In this document: positions 1 through 14,889 of the stretch, one piece after another
Numbering within the stretch: position 1 is the stretch's first letter
Layout of the letters: the number at the start of each line of letters is the position of its first letter
Assembly (NCBI GenBank): GCA_000934665.2
Contig: KZ538035.1
Coordinates: 62,001 to 126,000, forward strand
Direction: 5' to 3'
DNA: 64,000 nucleotides
From: Catajapyx aquilonaris
Lineage: Eukaryota
Translations under genes and position numbers: made by a program
The notes under the pieces: model-generated
What the model was told of the DNA's origin: nothing
Seen by the model: the letters and a program-made list of their open reading frames with translations, nothing else
Database searches by the model: none

Positions 1-2639
1 TTTAGGGCCTCATGTTCCGCTGGTTGTAGAACCCGTAAGGTTGTGTGTAATCCCAAACCAGTTCGGGGATTACGTCTATACGTTGTCGTTTAACTCACAG
101 TTGCAGAGGTCCCTAAGGAGCGGTGGGGATGCCAGCTATTTTTGAGAATGGCAACGAGAATACCGACACTACTAACCTGCTATACACATGTGACCTTGAA
201 TGTTGAGAAAATTTTCTTAGGCTCTATTATTTGTCATTTTTGAAAAAATATGTACCTTAGATGAGTATTTCCAAATGTTGTTCGTGTTCTTTTATCATTT
301 GGTTTTACCAAGGCATCGCGGCAGAATTTCTGGCTGTGGATTGCAGACGATATCTCTTCACGTCACATAAATGCAATATTTCTGACTCTCCATGCATAAC
401 CTTGCCCAATATTTCCAGCAAATCAATAGACAATGACAATAAATTCCCGTGGCTGCAATGAATAATTTTTCTTTGAGGCAGGAATAAAGCCTTTTGAATA
501 TTGGTTTCATTGATTCCTGCTTTACTGTATGCATTACTGAGCAGTACAAACTAGTGATTTTGTGCATATAGTTCACGAGTGCGTGTAATGTAACAAAAAA
601 GTGCCTCTTTTTGCATTGCTTAAATTAAAGCGTATATATAGTAACATCAGCATTAGATAATGCAAGAGGGTCATTTCCTAGCAGTAATGATTTTTAAAGC
701 TGCAGTATTAGGCGCGTGTGAATAATTACTTTTTAATGTATCGCAAAGTAGTTAGCTGTTAGTACAGTATAGTTTTTACGCTTAAATATATTTTAACCAG
801 ATATTCCGACAGACAAGCCATGACGGGAATAAAATAGCGCAAAAAAGGTTCAGTGCATAAAAAATATCAATTCCGAAAGGCTCATCCCTCCCTACTTCTC
901 GTCCATCAAATTTTGCGCGACTCCTTTATTGTCCCGCCCAAAAAGGCCATGCACATGAGTGTGCGTGCAGTGGAACGGAAAACGGCTGAAAGATCCAGTC
1001 AATGTGCATTTTCGTCATGCACTGCACATGAGATGTGCCCTTTAACAAGTGCCAGGTTGGCACATCTTGTTCAACTTTATATAACGTGCGCCAGTACTCG
1101 TACTTCATTTTTTTTATTCAGCACATGAGGCAATATAGTGCCTTTCATGTTCTAACGTGACTCATTACGGAATATCGGCGTAACTATATGTTCCAATATT
1201 GCAAAATGTAGTTTCTTATACTGGTATTTAAAACTTTCACAATATAGTCAAATACGAGCCTTATTGTTAACAAGGATTCAAAATCATAATGGTGTCATTA
1301 GCGATCGTCCCAGCTTATGAGTTACTTGTGATTCCTAACTAGAAGAATACAGCTCGGCATGAATAACAATGAGTTTACTGCTCGAATAAGCGGGGAGAAA
1401 CGTCGCGTCGGTTCTAAGTCGATTCTGCTTCTGAATCAGGGACGGAAAAAATTGATGTGAAGGATGGTCCTGAATAATCAGGATTGGAAAAGACAAGATG
1501 GCCTACTATTCTGCCATGAGAGGCGGGGCTCCATCCGATTCAATGGCTCCTGCCGATATCTGCAGCATCACGTAGATAGAAAAGCTGCTACCATCCTCCT
1601 ATCCCTACACCTCAGCCTCTCTCTCGATCGTTGCCTTCCAATTTAGCGCACCATCAAAGTCTGTCCTTATCTATACTGTAGGCCTATACATCCTCATTTT
1701 TGATACCCTCCCTTTTCCAACTATTTTCTGGATTGTCTCATCTGACAGTGTGTGGGCTACGCATCACCTTTCCAACGCCTACACATGCCTTGTGTCCTCA
1801 CTTGTCACTGTGGTTTCGAGTAGGCGTAGCAATCGACTGAGTGCGTTGGCCACGTATCCTAGCTACACGATACCATAACATCCACCTTGGTTGTATCGGG
1901 AAAATCCGAAGAGAGAAAAGGGTGGTCGAGCGAGGTGTCATCTCCAATAACACTAACCGAGGGATCCAATCAAGTCTTTCCGGAGGTACCTCCGGAAAAT
2001 CTTCTCCAGCTGGGAACGTGTTTTCCATAGAGACCTGGCGCGCTCAGAGATAATATATCGAGTTATATTGTGCCGCGAGTGAATAGGACGCCTTTCATTC
2101 ATCCCAAATATGTGTGCACCATTTTGAACTGACGGTAGCGCCATCATTATGCATGCAGGTCGTTACCAGACCCGATGGACATTCTGCCCCAATAATACCA
2201 CTCAAAATGAAAGCTTTCATGTCACCCTACCCTAGGACTGCTGCAAGCATGTTTATTTGATGGTCGTGAGTGTGTGACAGTTCTAAGAGTAGTTAGTTAT
2301 TGATTAAACCTTAATTAGTTGATAGATGTAGCTTATAAAGATTAATTCGGCTGATTCACTTATTTTCTTGCCATGTAACTAATGTTATGGTGAGACAATT
2401 TTATTAACTAGGCCTAATCGAAATTTAGCAACCTGGAGGGAAATGTTTTACAAGCAAATTCTCATTACGGAAGGCAGGACCCGATAATCAAGCCGCTAAA
2501 TGTTCCAGTACTTGTTAAAACGAGACCGAAATTAAGCTGCTCTATAGGTCGCAGGATCAAACATAAAGCTAGTACAAGGGACTTTTTTATTTTTACACGT
2601 ACTCGTCAAATTGGCTTGTAGCATGAACAAATAGCACTC

Positions 2640-2900
2640 AAATTAAGTGGATTACTTAGGAGTTGACAAGCATTTCTGGATTAAATGGAACCAAACCTGC
2701 GACACCCTCTAGCGTAGGCTGTCAAGCTCCAGTTGTTAGCGGTACTTGTCAACTCACAGGACGACTTAACATGTCCGATAGATACCAGAACGTAACTTGC
2801 CAGATCTGCTCTTTGGAGACAACCTATCAGACATGAGAAGACCTCCAGGAAAATACACAAGCGAGGTCATACAGACATGTGTTACTTGCTTTAACATCTG
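2640..2900 (+). mobile_element. Decayed LINE (L2/CR1-like) RT C-terminal relic
   Basis: Translates DYLGVDKHFWIKWNQTCDTL*RRLSS, resembling the KYLGV..D..L.W..H motif; contains stops. Confidence 0.3.
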
Positions 2901-4679
2901 GGTAAATATTTGCAACGTTTCAACACACAGGAGATGAGAAAACTGTACATAGACTAAGCCTCTCTCAGATACGAGCGGAATAACGCATGCCCAACCTGAT
3001 TATTAATACACAACGATGCAATACAGGCATATTGCATAAGCTGCAGATTTGCAGTTATCAAGTCAGCGTTTTGTCAGATGATGTGCTCTACTTTGGTATT
3101 TCTTCCTCCCATCTGGTCCATGTCCCTTATCTGGAGGTTGCATGCTAGCCCTACAGCTCCCCAGATGATCCATCCTCCTTTGATAGAGCATCCCTCACAC
3201 AGGAAGGCATATACGTTTACCTCTGTAGTGTAAACGCCCCATTCAAGAGGGCCGCTTAGAAAAGCATCGGAGACGAATGATCCTCCTATCGCAAGATACC
3301 ACCATGAACTACGTACAGGCTGGTCCAGGATCCAGTTCCTGCATATTATTATATTAATTAATTAATTAATCGTGATTTCTTGGGAAAATATAGCCTACCA
3401 GAGTACTCCACCAACTAAACATTTTCAACCATAAAGCAGGCGATGTGATACACCAATTTCTGTGGGCCATGCTGCAATGTGGATACAGCAGTGCCCTCAA
3501 GAGAGGCATTATGTATGGTCGGAAGCTGAATATAATGTTGATTTTCCATCGGGCTCCCCGGGATATTTTGAGAGGTCGCGTAGGGCAGCTTCCTCCATCA
3601 CATCAAATCGGCGGGAGGGCCCAGTGGATGTGTAGGAGCACAAAACTCGACCCTATTGAACCCCATACTACTGAAAAGAGTGTTTTAGTAGTAGGGGGGC
3701 CAGAGACCGAGTTCTTCAGCGGCCATTTTGGCCAAGTTGAAGAGAGGCTCTGAATTGGAACTGGCGAGAAGATCGAAGGCCGAATGGAACTTGGGGGGCT
3801 TTTCTCACTAGTGAGCCAGTGGGCGGAGGGGATGTGGGTGGGGAGACAGGTAGGTAGGTAGGTCGGTTGGTGGGCGGAAGGAAGGAAGTTGGTGGGGGGA
3901 AGAAGGAGGACAGGAGAGGGGGGTGCAGCAGCATCTGCCACTGCAAAAGGACTAGGATCGATTCGGACCAACCAAGCCAGGCTTCCTCACTTCCTTCTTT
4001 CTACCTGTTGAAACTTGCAACTTAAGGGGATGGAAGAGCAGAATTCTGTCCTCGATCATTCACCAGGATTCCTTTTACTCTCAGAGTCAAACAGAACACA
4101 TTTCGGTTTCCTTTACTCCAACTTGTGCAGTTTGCGGAAAGCACTATTCACTCCACTTCCAAAGAAAAATAAGTTGGAAGTAGAGGTACTGTTCACATCA
4201 TTATTGATAATCATAGCTTTATTTCAACTTGAACGTGAAATTTTAAATGGAAAATTGTGCTATGTGCCTGCATCAAATATATTTGTGGCAACTTGTTAGA
4301 ATTTATCTTTGACTGCAGCATGGTGCTACAATGCCACCCGAGGCATCACGCAGAATTAATTCTCCTCAACAAGTGAAATTTCCTTTCGTGATGCAAGTTT
4401 CGCAATATGAAGACCTCCAAGCGCGTATGAAATGGAAGGAAATAGTGTGTTGTTGAAATTGAAATGAGTGAGACACAAGGGAGCCCCCGCCCTTCCACCA
4501 CCACCACACCCACAATGATGCACGTTACGCATTGTATAATTACGTAACACGAGAGCACCTGTCGCTTGCAGGCACTGCCTTAATCAACCTTCTCCTCCTT
4601 CCCACACACCCCCTTCCCTACCACTCCCTCCGGTTATCGCAAGAGGCAGAGCTGCATTGTAAAAGGCAGACTCAGCAGT

Positions 4680-4870
4680 TCCATCACTCTTTCCAGCAGC
4701 CTGCTTTCCCTAGTAATCGTCAGCTGCTGGCATATGATGGATCTCAACCCATTCCCTCGTCCACCAGTCAGGCGCAAGGCTGGATGATTACTAACGGAAT
4801 ATTTGTGATTGCTCATAATGCAAAATGCTCGGCCAGTTGACTCTGTGTATGCGGCATCCGGAAAGAGGTG
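4680..4870 (-). mobile_element. Penelope-like element GIY-YIG endonuclease C-terminal relic
   Basis: Frameshifted pieces SQLAEH/CIMSNHKY, REWVEIH and TRESRLLE match, in order, the SAVAEH..NH, REAIEI and NRD.G..L motifs of Penelope endonucleases. Confidence 0.4.
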
Positions 4871-6199
4871 ACTGCTGCTGAACACCATTTGCGAGAATCC
4901 CATGCAGGCGGCCAACACTCATTTGCGATTTGGGTTGGGTGGATGGACGGACCTGGGAGTTGGTACATCAAGAGCAGCCACCCGATACAGGGCAAGGCGG
5001 TCGATGGCACCTTACGCGTGCCACAGAATGATGGAGGAACTCAGGGTTTGATCGGAGTTTCGCTCGAAGAGGAAGATAGTTAGGTGATGAGAAAAAATTT
5101 TTACCTGGAGGGTTCAGGATTAATGGGACAGTTCTTGTAGGGCTTCCGAGAATGAACTGAAAATATTAAGGTGTAGGCATCGCCAATGTTCGAGCTTCCA
5201 GCAGTAATAGTGTGGTGTAGGTTAGAATACAGCAATAACCTTATCACGGCATGTCATTATTATGAAAATTATTATGCAATGAACTTCATAATGTAGTGTT
5301 ATTTAATGCAGCAATAAAAGCAACGGGTAAGAATGGGAAGGAACGAGAGGTAATAACAATGAAACAATAGACTGGTTTCTCACCATAAGAGTTTCTAGCT
5401 TCAGACGTATGAGGGCACTGACTGGACCCTTTGTAAGTTGTAATTACAGCGCGTGATTATACGTACAAGTCAGCATAAAAGCGGAGAGAAAGATCTAATT
5501 GATTACAACCACTCTGGTTTCGCATTGAAAACATGGTGCGTCGCAACTATAGAAGAGGTTCATTAATGAGATATTTCCCCTACTTTAATTCCATCAGAAG
5601 CAATGTAGCCTCATGTAGATGCGTGTTACGGGGTTAGTAAGGAGTTGGCTGCTATTATTTTGAAGAATTAATTTAATATGCACGTGATTCATATTGGAAG
5701 GATATCCATGTCCTCGAATGAATGTCCATGATGTTCATCCTGGCGTGTTAGACAACCGCACCCATGTAGCATGAGCCACATAACCCGCAGGCGCATGGTC
5801 GCAAGACAGAGCCGACAGCGATTCCGGTAAAATTGCGGTTTCGTGTCCCTCATCATAGGTTTTCGTAGTCGCATTCTCGTTGTAAAAACTACATGTAGAT
5901 TCGACTACTAGATTCCGCAGCCTGTAATACAATTTTTGAACCGCACTTCTGACGGCACTAATTGCATATCGATACTATCTCATTATTATCTTCTGTAGCT
6001 TTCATGTTTCTACTGATCCGCTTAAAACTCGCGTAATCCGGTTTTCCTCGTGAAGGAAAGCATCATGGTTGTAGTATCAGGCCAACTGGTAAATTCCAAG
6101 CGGGAAAGGCAGTACTAACCATAATCCCATTCTCAACGAACCCTTTCAAAAACGTAACAATTTTGACTATCCGAAATATCCCCACCAGAGCCGATTTAC

Positions 6200-7100
6200 A
6201 ATTCCTGACCGTAATTGTCGCGCCATGTAAAAGCTCGAGGACTTCTGGAGGTCTGGGACATTCTATTTAGACTTTCGAAAGTGATACCCCGCATCATTAA
6301 TCACACACGTCCATTCGGATCGTCCCTTGAGCTTTTACCGCGGGCAACCTTAGTGCGATTACAGTATTCATTCCCAGATTTGCCTCGGAAACAAGATCGA
6401 ATTCCAGTGCAATAAAAAAGAGTAGGGCCCCCCCCTCTAGCGAATGAATGGCGATGAATCGAGCCATGGTCCCAAATGCGACGGAAGCCATAAGCAGATT
6501 CAGGTATATAGTAAATCCCAGAGGAGCGATATCTGCGGCTGGCGACTCTCTGCCAATAACACCGGCCTTTCCTTTGTGCTCGGGACAAAGGCTCTCTCAC
6601 CAAACGAGACAAATCAAGGTCTCCTGCACAAAAGGAATAAAATCAGGAGGGCCACCGATGATTGCTCGGGCATCCACTTTTCCGACCTAATAATGATCAA
6701 ACCCGCCACAATTCTTCCTCATACTGGTGGTCAGACAGAGTTCATTACTAGATTGGTGACCCGTGACATAGCAATCTGCACCCTTCGGGACCACACTTGT
6801 CCATTCATGTCCGAGCCTGCCTGACGCAGTTTCATTAGCATTTTAACATGCATCTCTGACTCCCCAATTGCAAATTTGAAAGACTCATTAATCATAACTG
6901 AAAACTCGAAATGGTTCCCCGAAAAAGAAGTTGTTAATATTATCAATTTACTGTCAGAGAAAGCTGGAGTTCTAGAAGAAGCAAACAGGTTCGCTCACAA
7001 GTCAATAACTTGGGAGTTAGCTTCGGGCTCAAATGGAACCAAGGGAGCCACTTCAAAGGTGAGAGGAGAGAATTGGAGCACTTGACTCGGGTCTTGTACA
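6200..7100 (+). mobile_element. Decayed non-LTR retrotransposon reverse transcriptase
   Basis: Collinear degenerate RT motifs: FPDLPRKQDRIPV (FP..WK.A.VIP), LSPNETNQG (LS..Q.GF), GIHFSDLIMIKPATILPH (IFLDL.KAFDTV.H), NNLGVSFGLKWN (KYLGV...L.W). Confidence 0.45.
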
Positions 7101-7999
7101 TATAATATGAACCTGATACGATATCGCAGACTTTTTACCAACCAAGATTTTGAGCACAATTTCGATCAAATTATTCTAACAAAAATAAATCGAACTTCAC
7201 CGCTCCTGCACGAAGTTGCGGGGTCTCAAAATGTATGCCTACAAACCAATTACGCAAGTAGCATTAGAGATATTACTGATGTGCATGATGTAAAGCCGTA
7301 ATATGCTGGATGAATAGTTTTAGTTGAATGGAGGAAAATCTTTCGATGAAAACTTATGGGAGGCATTAAATTTTAGTAGCAGGCGGCAATTCAGAATCAA
7401 TTATGCAAGCCTATTGAATAAAAGGAGTACGTTCATGCACAAAGCCGCTTTTACATGCTAAAGGTTCAATATCATATATCAAACGCTTGAAAGTTTGAGC
7501 TCGCCGTAGTTTATATTTAAATTCCCATAAAGCATCAGCAGGTTTTTCTAGTAGGCAGCATGTTCCAGTAAAATTCTTTTCAAACCTTCAAATTCATTGC
7601 GTTTTAAACTTTGAATACGCATGTGCAGATAAACCTTTAATGCTGGCACCTATACTGTATTGTTTCCTTTCATAAATCGCCTGAATAATAAATTCCCGAT
7701 GTGAATTTGTCGTGAATTTGTAGAAATGTGCAACTAAATCCTATACCATATAAAGGCTAGACCATATGTGCTGTAAAGAGAAAAAGCACGTCTTTGTAAG
7801 CCCAAGAGCTCCTCAAGAGCTTCCTCCCGCGCTGCAGGGAATAAAAAGTGCCTTCATTTAGTCTCATTTTCTTACATAGACTGAAAATACGTATGCAAAT
7901 GCATCCTCTTACAGCCCGCGCACTAACCATAACTCACAAGGCCATTTCTTCAACAGGTATGGATCTAAAACTGCTATTTACATAATTATTTTGCACCAC

Positions 8000-8570
8000 C
8001 CACCACCGAAAAATATGTCTCAAGACCCTAAAATGCAACCTAAATTTTTGCAATATCCGGCCCAGTTTTTAACCACCTCTTGAAGTGTGTGATCATGCGG
8101 TGGTTCCAAACTTTACTACATGCGTCTGTACAGTAATTGCACAATCTGCACCGAGTGTGTTGTACGTAGAGTGGAAATGAGCTTACCTGCTCCATTCCTG
8201 TGCATTTTTTTAGGGCTGCTCATTTGCATCCTAGCTACATGAAAAATGGCTGTGGGCTTCACGCTTCGATAGTCAATTATTCCTTCGCGGACTATCGGCC
8301 ACAAGAGCATGAGCCATAGCCCACATCAGCGCCCTCCACAGGCATCCCAGAAGTTGGGCAACTCCAATGTTCATTTCAAAGCACATTATTGACCAGCTTG
8401 AGATCAGCTACTGGATAGGTGCAATGTGGCGATTGGCACGAATTGATCACGCATGGAACTGAACATGGTGGTTGGAGAATTTCAGCCCGGATGTTTCTAT
8501 CTGGGCTGACCCAGCATGAGACACCCGGTATTATCACCACCGAGAGCGGCGTGCTAGCAATTTTGAGACT
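8000..8570 (-). mobile_element. Possible piggyBac transposase relic
   Basis: Degenerate pieces SIRANR (GTIRANR), DYRSV (W.DNRSV) and QIVQLLYRRM (P.IV..YN..M) occur in the expected order; many stops. Confidence 0.25.
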
Positions 8571-9559
8571 GCCTGCAATAAAGAGATATGACGAGCAAAA
8601 ACCAGACCAGCATACATTTAATCTGTCTAACCTGTGTATGTTTTAAGCCCTCGCGAATTTTTTTTAAACAGAGAGAGAGAGATACGTTTAGCTGGGTCGT
8701 AAAATACACCACGCGACATGATGGGTGAGCATAGGGATTTTCATGATATAATTTAATCTGGGCATTTCATATTTCACTCGTAACTTTTAGAAGAGTCGCA
8801 TTGCCATTTATATTTAGTGAATGCTATCAGCATGTCCCCAACGAATTTGTGCATCTTATTATCATTCCTGCTATTATGAATACTATTATGATATACTGTT
8901 ATGAATACTTCTAGGTAGGTAACATTGGTGCAATTTAAGCGAATGACATATTAATGGTGGTTGCCTGGCCCTAGGATAAAAGCCAATTCTAAAATTCGTC
9001 ATCTCGCAACCTTCATTGGTTTATTCTGTTTAACGTGCCAATTGTACACATGCCGTTGATGGCACAACTACCCATCAACAGAGTGAATTATTTGTTGATT
9101 TTAATTTTAATATTGTAGTGATACGATAAATTACAGTTGCGCGCACAATAAATTGACAAATCATAATGTTTGCCATTTTCGACCTAGGCAATGCAGCAAA
9201 TATTAATTTCATTAATGATACATCAACAGCAGATTAGACTACATTCTTTTATTTTAGATGGCCCCTTAAAAATACCCTATAGACTGATCAGGTCCTGACC
9301 CAAAGCCATTCAATTTTTTTCAAATAAATTTCGGATTTCATGGAGGTCTATGAGCTTATCCGACGTGTGACACGTGAGTCGCTTATACATATGCCTATAC
9401 TGTACATTATTTTGCGTATATTCACACCCTCCACAGTTATTTCACTAGAACGGGGCTACGCAGCGAGTGAATCACCCCGTATAATCCGTGCGTTGAATCC
9501 ATCACCTGCCGGTACTCACAAAACCCACCGACCATAATAATAAGCATTTTAAGCATGAT

Positions 9560-9940
9560 TTAATTTTTCAGAAAGCACTACTGCATGGTAGCAGACGTAG
9601 ACTGCCGAGTACATAATATTGAACCATGATTTTTCCTTTTCCCTGTTGACTTGATGCTTGATTCTGATGCCATCCGGTTCGTGAAACCTATGAAATATAC
9701 CGACTGGCCGTGGCATATGCAACTGGTGGAACATTGGTGGTTCGCAAAAATAATTCCTGATTTCCGTTTATGATAAACCCAAATTGGCTTCTCCAGCCAG
9801 AGTGGCGGAGTAATGATCTGATTCCAATCTTCACGCTCCATTTGCCTGCCGGCTGCGTGGCTCGCAAATTGTAGGCCGGAAATAGCATTGTAATATTAGG
9901 CTGTGTCCCTATGTATGGCACATGAGTGGTCACCCCCGCA
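9560..9940 (-). mobile_element. Decayed LINE RT relic
   Basis: NLRATQP..KIGIRSLLRH (NYRPIS...K..E..L), SQFGF, SVYFIGF (V.F.DF.KAF), with frameshifts. Confidence 0.35.
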
Positions 9941-10682
9941 CTGCAATTTAGGCCTAGTAATTCTGCTAATATAACCAGATTAACATACTATTTAGAGACA
10001 ATGGAAACACCTGGTGCAGCAATCACATTGGACAACAATACACAGCTTAATCAATTGTATGACTGGGGTGTGAAAGCTACATTATAGTCATTTGATTCCG
10101 TTTTTATAGTTTTACTCAAATGTTATCACTTGATAACTACATTCACAAAACCTTTACAGCGAATTTCTGATGACTACTACGTGATTGTTGTATGTGTTGA
10201 AGTGTCACAATCATGGTCTCCTCAGCCTCGTTACTGAGGCAATGGACTTCAAACCCAAAATTTCCTTTCAAAGTATGTGTTCCTGCGCAGACTTTGCCTT
10301 TTTAATTTAAAATCTAGTTCTTACTGGGAAATTTTAATATAAGCTGCTATTTCATTAGGTGTAGTAGTATGTTTCAGAGACGATTGATATTTTGCATGGT
10401 GCATCTGCAGCATACCATATAATGCACCACTCTTTGAGTAATGCCAATAGTACCGAGGCTGCGTAAACAAATGACATACGCGTATATACGAGGTATATAG
10501 TAGTTACACAAAACAGATAATTTGGTGACTAAATGTTCGCAGTAGACAGGTTTGCCTGAATAATTTTGAAACACAAATACAAACTATAATCTTTACAAGG
10601 AAGTAATAAAAACCAGCACAGAACATTGAAGCCATATAGACTATGGGCTAATAAATTGCTGTATTGGATCCCAAATTCTAAC

Positions 10683-11799
10683 TCGTTAAAATGTGAGGCT
10701 TAAAGTTGCTATGAATCCCCTCACTCTATAGTAGCATGCATAATTACGCAAATAATGCATCACTCTCCGGCACAAACAAGAATAAATCGGTCCTACGACT
10801 CCTACCATAATCTAACACGTCTAATGAAACACATTCATATTAATATCAACATGAATCTTGAATAGATATTCTACTAATAATAGCTTAATTCACACAGTAA
10901 CTTATGTTTTATGCAGAAAACAACAGCATTCCATTTTTAAACACATCCAAAGGGCAGGTTCTATTTTTGTCTACGTGTACAAAGTAATTGAATCTCAGCT
11001 GGGCTTGTTAAACGCAGCCATATAGTCTACATTTACAATGTACAGTATACACTCAAAGTGCAGTTTTAAAATATAATTATGCATTCTTGAAAAGCTAATT
11101 AAATTATATCTGGTCAGTTTTTGAGCACGGAGAAAAATCACCTTCAGCCCCCCCCCCCCCAAAACAAANAAAAAAATTCATTCGACAATAAAGAAACCAG
11201 CATCAAAATGAACCCCATTGCATTACCCATGCTGATTCATGTTGATCTGGACTCGTCCTGCAAGAATTTTACTACACTGCATCTCACCGTGAATATGACA
11301 TCAATATAACAATTTATTGCAACTCTTGTACAATCAATTCGATTAAAAACGAAATGCTCGTTTTAACAAGCATTTTGATATGGAATATATTATTATCATA
11401 ATATTATACACGTATCTGTATCTTGCGCACTCGTGAACAGACGCATACCGGATTATTGCAGATTTTCAGATTGTTTTAACAATTCTATTTTTGAAAATAG
11501 ACGGGCTTATTATGGGTTGTCTTATTATTATCAGAGCGTGTTAATGCGCCATATGATACATCAGAATTACAGAAATTTGTTTGACCTATTGTAGTTTCAT
11601 TAAATTTGTCTATATGCACATAACAATGACTAATCCAATTAAACTATAATAAAGTATATTTGAACCATTGTTGAGTCGTTAAAATATGAGGCTTAAAGTT
11701 GCAATGAATCGCCTCACTCGATAGTAGCAGGCATAATTACAAAAATAATGTATCATTATCCGGCACAAACAAGAATAAATCGTTCCTACCATAATCTAA
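10683..11799 (+). repeat. Pair of ~130-bp imperfect direct repeats (10683-10815 and 11676-11799)
   Basis: Both read TCGTTAAAATRTGAGGCTTAAAGTTGC..CCGGCACAAACAAGAATAAATCG..CCTACCATAATCTAA. Confidence 0.85.
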
Positions 11800-12439
11800 T
11801 ATACCCCTAATTGACAGCAACATGTTTATATTTTGTCAGGTAACATCATCAGACGATACTGCTAGTGTACATTGCCATCATGAAAAAGGAATCCTATAAA
11901 CTCTGAAGTACCGTATTTTTCTGAACTCAGCTCAAATTTCTATAAAACCGGGCTGGAGAAAACATGTATTCAAGATCAATGCAACGAGAAAGCATTTCAC
12001 TTTATATAAGTAGGGCCTAATGCAAAGTACGCACAATCTATACGTGCTCTCGGAATGCAAATTACGTACTGTACAGTACTGTGCCTAGTAATCCAACTGT
12101 TATTTCTCATTTCTGAGCATAAATTTTGAGCGAAGTACGAGTATTCATATCATAACTACACTGCAAGATTCATACTCTAATTGCAGTTTGGCCCAGAACT
12201 ACATACCGCAAATGTTCAATGGCCCGAAAATTATAAGGCTGAGGAATGGATCTATCAATGCACTAAGTACGAAGCAAGGCGGTTCGATATAGGCCCACGG
12301 CATTGCATAATTATTTAAGCTCCAGTGCATGAACCTCTCTACGCATACTAAACATACCGGTAGTATAGTGTGGAAGAGTAGACTAGAAGCCTTTTTATCC
12401 TACCTGATTTCCCAGTCTGTTGGACGGTGTCCTGCAAAA

Positions 12440-12890
12440 TTCAAAGCACGATCGATCCATCGCAGACACACACTTAGTCAACCCACGAACGTGTACGTCC
12501 AATGCCCAGCTACAGATACCGAAAATCCATAATTAAGCAACAGTTGGTGCCCAATTTTACATTTTTTTTGCCAGCCATGAATTGTAATTCGGAAGTTTTA
12601 TGGCTACACTCAACCGGGTTATATAGCGTCTGTTTCTTTTTACATCCATACGCCCACCAATCAATTAGACATTGTTTCGCGAACCCGGATTCAACGCTAA
12701 TGGTAACGAGAAGCCCCAGGCCAAGCAAACATTTTTGCTGCATTTTCAAGACTAGTTAGATTTTTTTTGTATTGTTTCGCTGCGGTAGAGCAGGGCTTAT
12801 TGTACTCATTCGCCCACACTGCACCGTTTGCACCCATTGTTTGCTCTCGGAGCAAAATTCTTGCAATTCGTACATTCACCTTTACCATAT
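12440..12890 (-). mobile_element. Decayed LINE (L2/CR1-like) RT relic
   Basis: QCLIDWWAYGCKKKQTLYNPVEC resembles Q.DL..L..WC....L..N..KC; followed by DFRYL*LGI (KYLG motif). Confidence 0.35.
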
Positions 12891-13079
12891 ATGTCAGAGT
12901 AAATTAGAAACCCCTTCTAGTATAGCATAACCCACCAAAAACCTTTCTGTAAAAAAAAGGCCAAGTTCTCCTGACTGCTTGGCCGTCAAAAGTGGTGAGA
13001 TCTGAAATACGGCCAAGTTCAACGTCGTACTCATTACTGGCATTCTCAAATTCTTCAACCTAAACCGCTAACTTTATTT

Positions 13080-13410
13080 TTCCAGATCGACCTTAAGTTT
13101 AATCATTAAAAATTAAGCATAATACCATATTATTAATTACTTCGGTTGTAACCGGCTTACACAACCAAGACCATGTTTTAGGATCATGATCATCCTTGTC
13201 CTCAAACTAACAAGAGCCTATTTGGATCCCCACGAGAAAACCCTCCGAACATGTTCCAGCATCCTATCCAGGCCCCACAAATTGTCAAGCCAGGTCTTCC
13301 CCCGACACCACTGTCCGTCCACTCAGAAAGGAAACTACTGTACTCGCCTTGTAATGCAATTACACATGTTGTCACTGGAACAGCGCGTGAGAATAGCACC
13401 TGAGTAATTT
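13080..13410 (+). mobile_element. CR1-like LINE ORF2 C-terminal relic
   Basis: SRPHKLSSQVFP resembles RPHLEYCSQVW.P; LHMLSLEQRV resembles L.L.SLE.RR. Confidence 0.35.
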
Positions 13411-14889
13411 TCGGAGCGGAAAAGTTTCTGAGCGAGCGAGCTAAACTTCAACTGGATTAGGCCCGAGTAAATTTGCCTTAGTGGGCGACATCTGATTGGC
13501 CGGCTACCCGAGATTTATCGGCCGCCCAGACCTAAACCCAATTTGGTTGCTGCGCGAATAATTCTTATTCGGACAAGTTGTGCAGCAGGATGCGTGCATA
13601 GAGAGACAAACTTTGGAATCAGGGACCTGGAACCTCATCAGCATCCTAGAGTTTAATTTTCTAAGAGCATAATTATAGGCCGCGGTAGTGTCGTCATTCG
13701 GTGCGGTGACGACCTTCCCACGTGTTGCCTACCCCGCACCACTTGCATTCGACCATACTATTAATGGTGATTGGATGAGGTTTCATTTCGGCTAGGGAAA
13801 GTACAGTACATAATTCGCTTTATGGCGCCCGCTTATTAAATTGGTCAGGCAGGGCACTCAACTACCTGCTTCACGCCATCTAGGCCTATACAAAGAACCT
13901 TTGTAATACCATGCGCAACGTGGTGTGCCCAGCAGGGTATTGCGATTTGCCAATGTTCCTTTTCATCGTTTCCCATCCAATTTATAAAAGATGTCCCAAA
14001 ATAATTTTAAAAAATGGAAAAAATATTACATGCATTAGTTGACTCCACTGTCAGCTAGTGCTATCACTAGCAGAGTAGACACCTCCAACAAAACTCGGAT
14101 TTGAACTCGCTACTAAAACCACAACCAAATTAGCAGCCCTGTCACAAATGATCAACCTTGCCATTTTACCTTTGGAGCTTCATTGCAACATTTAATATTG
14201 CGCTTCATTACACAGCGTGGGTGTCCAAATTCAGTTCAGAGTGAGAAAACATGTTGGTGCATATCATTGACCCTTTTTTGGGGTACGTCTCCTTGTTGCA
14301 TAAATTATACTGATCGGTTTCCAGGAAGAAGACATGTCCCACACAAATGAATAATGGACCTGTTTTTGCAATAGAATTCAGGTCCATCGGGTTTGGATTC
14401 CTCGATATGATCTCATCAGCATGATTCAATGGACCAATAATAAATCTAACGGCTGTCTGTCCGTCAGCTCCCACGCCATGTCCACAGTCAACATGATGAT
14501 CCGGAAAGTTTTGTGACACTTCCAGCGAGCTGGAAAATTTCGCAACGGATGTTCGCCAAGAGGAAAAAAATGAAGAAAAGATGGAAAAAAATGAGTCTTT
14601 CTGGTTGACAAACAATCTTCATGGAGGAGAAATATTAATGAAAGGAGAGCAGACGCACGGAGGTGTTTGCTTCTCAAAGAAGGGACTTGAGTAAAGCACT
14701 AAGATGAGATATTGCGTCTGGAGGCCTTGAGGCTTCACGTGTTGACAGCAAAGAGGCTTGACAAATGGGAGGCAGCGGGTAATGAGGCACTACCATCCAA
14801 CCTCAACCTCTGTTTATATCTACATCTTTTCATTCGGTTCCATTTCTATTCCAGTTGAAGGCCTTGTGGCTGTATATATTCATTTCCCT

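Noticed and set aside
14208..14615. 135-aa minus-strand ORF
   Set aside because: Non-ATG start, no recognisable motif or splice context.
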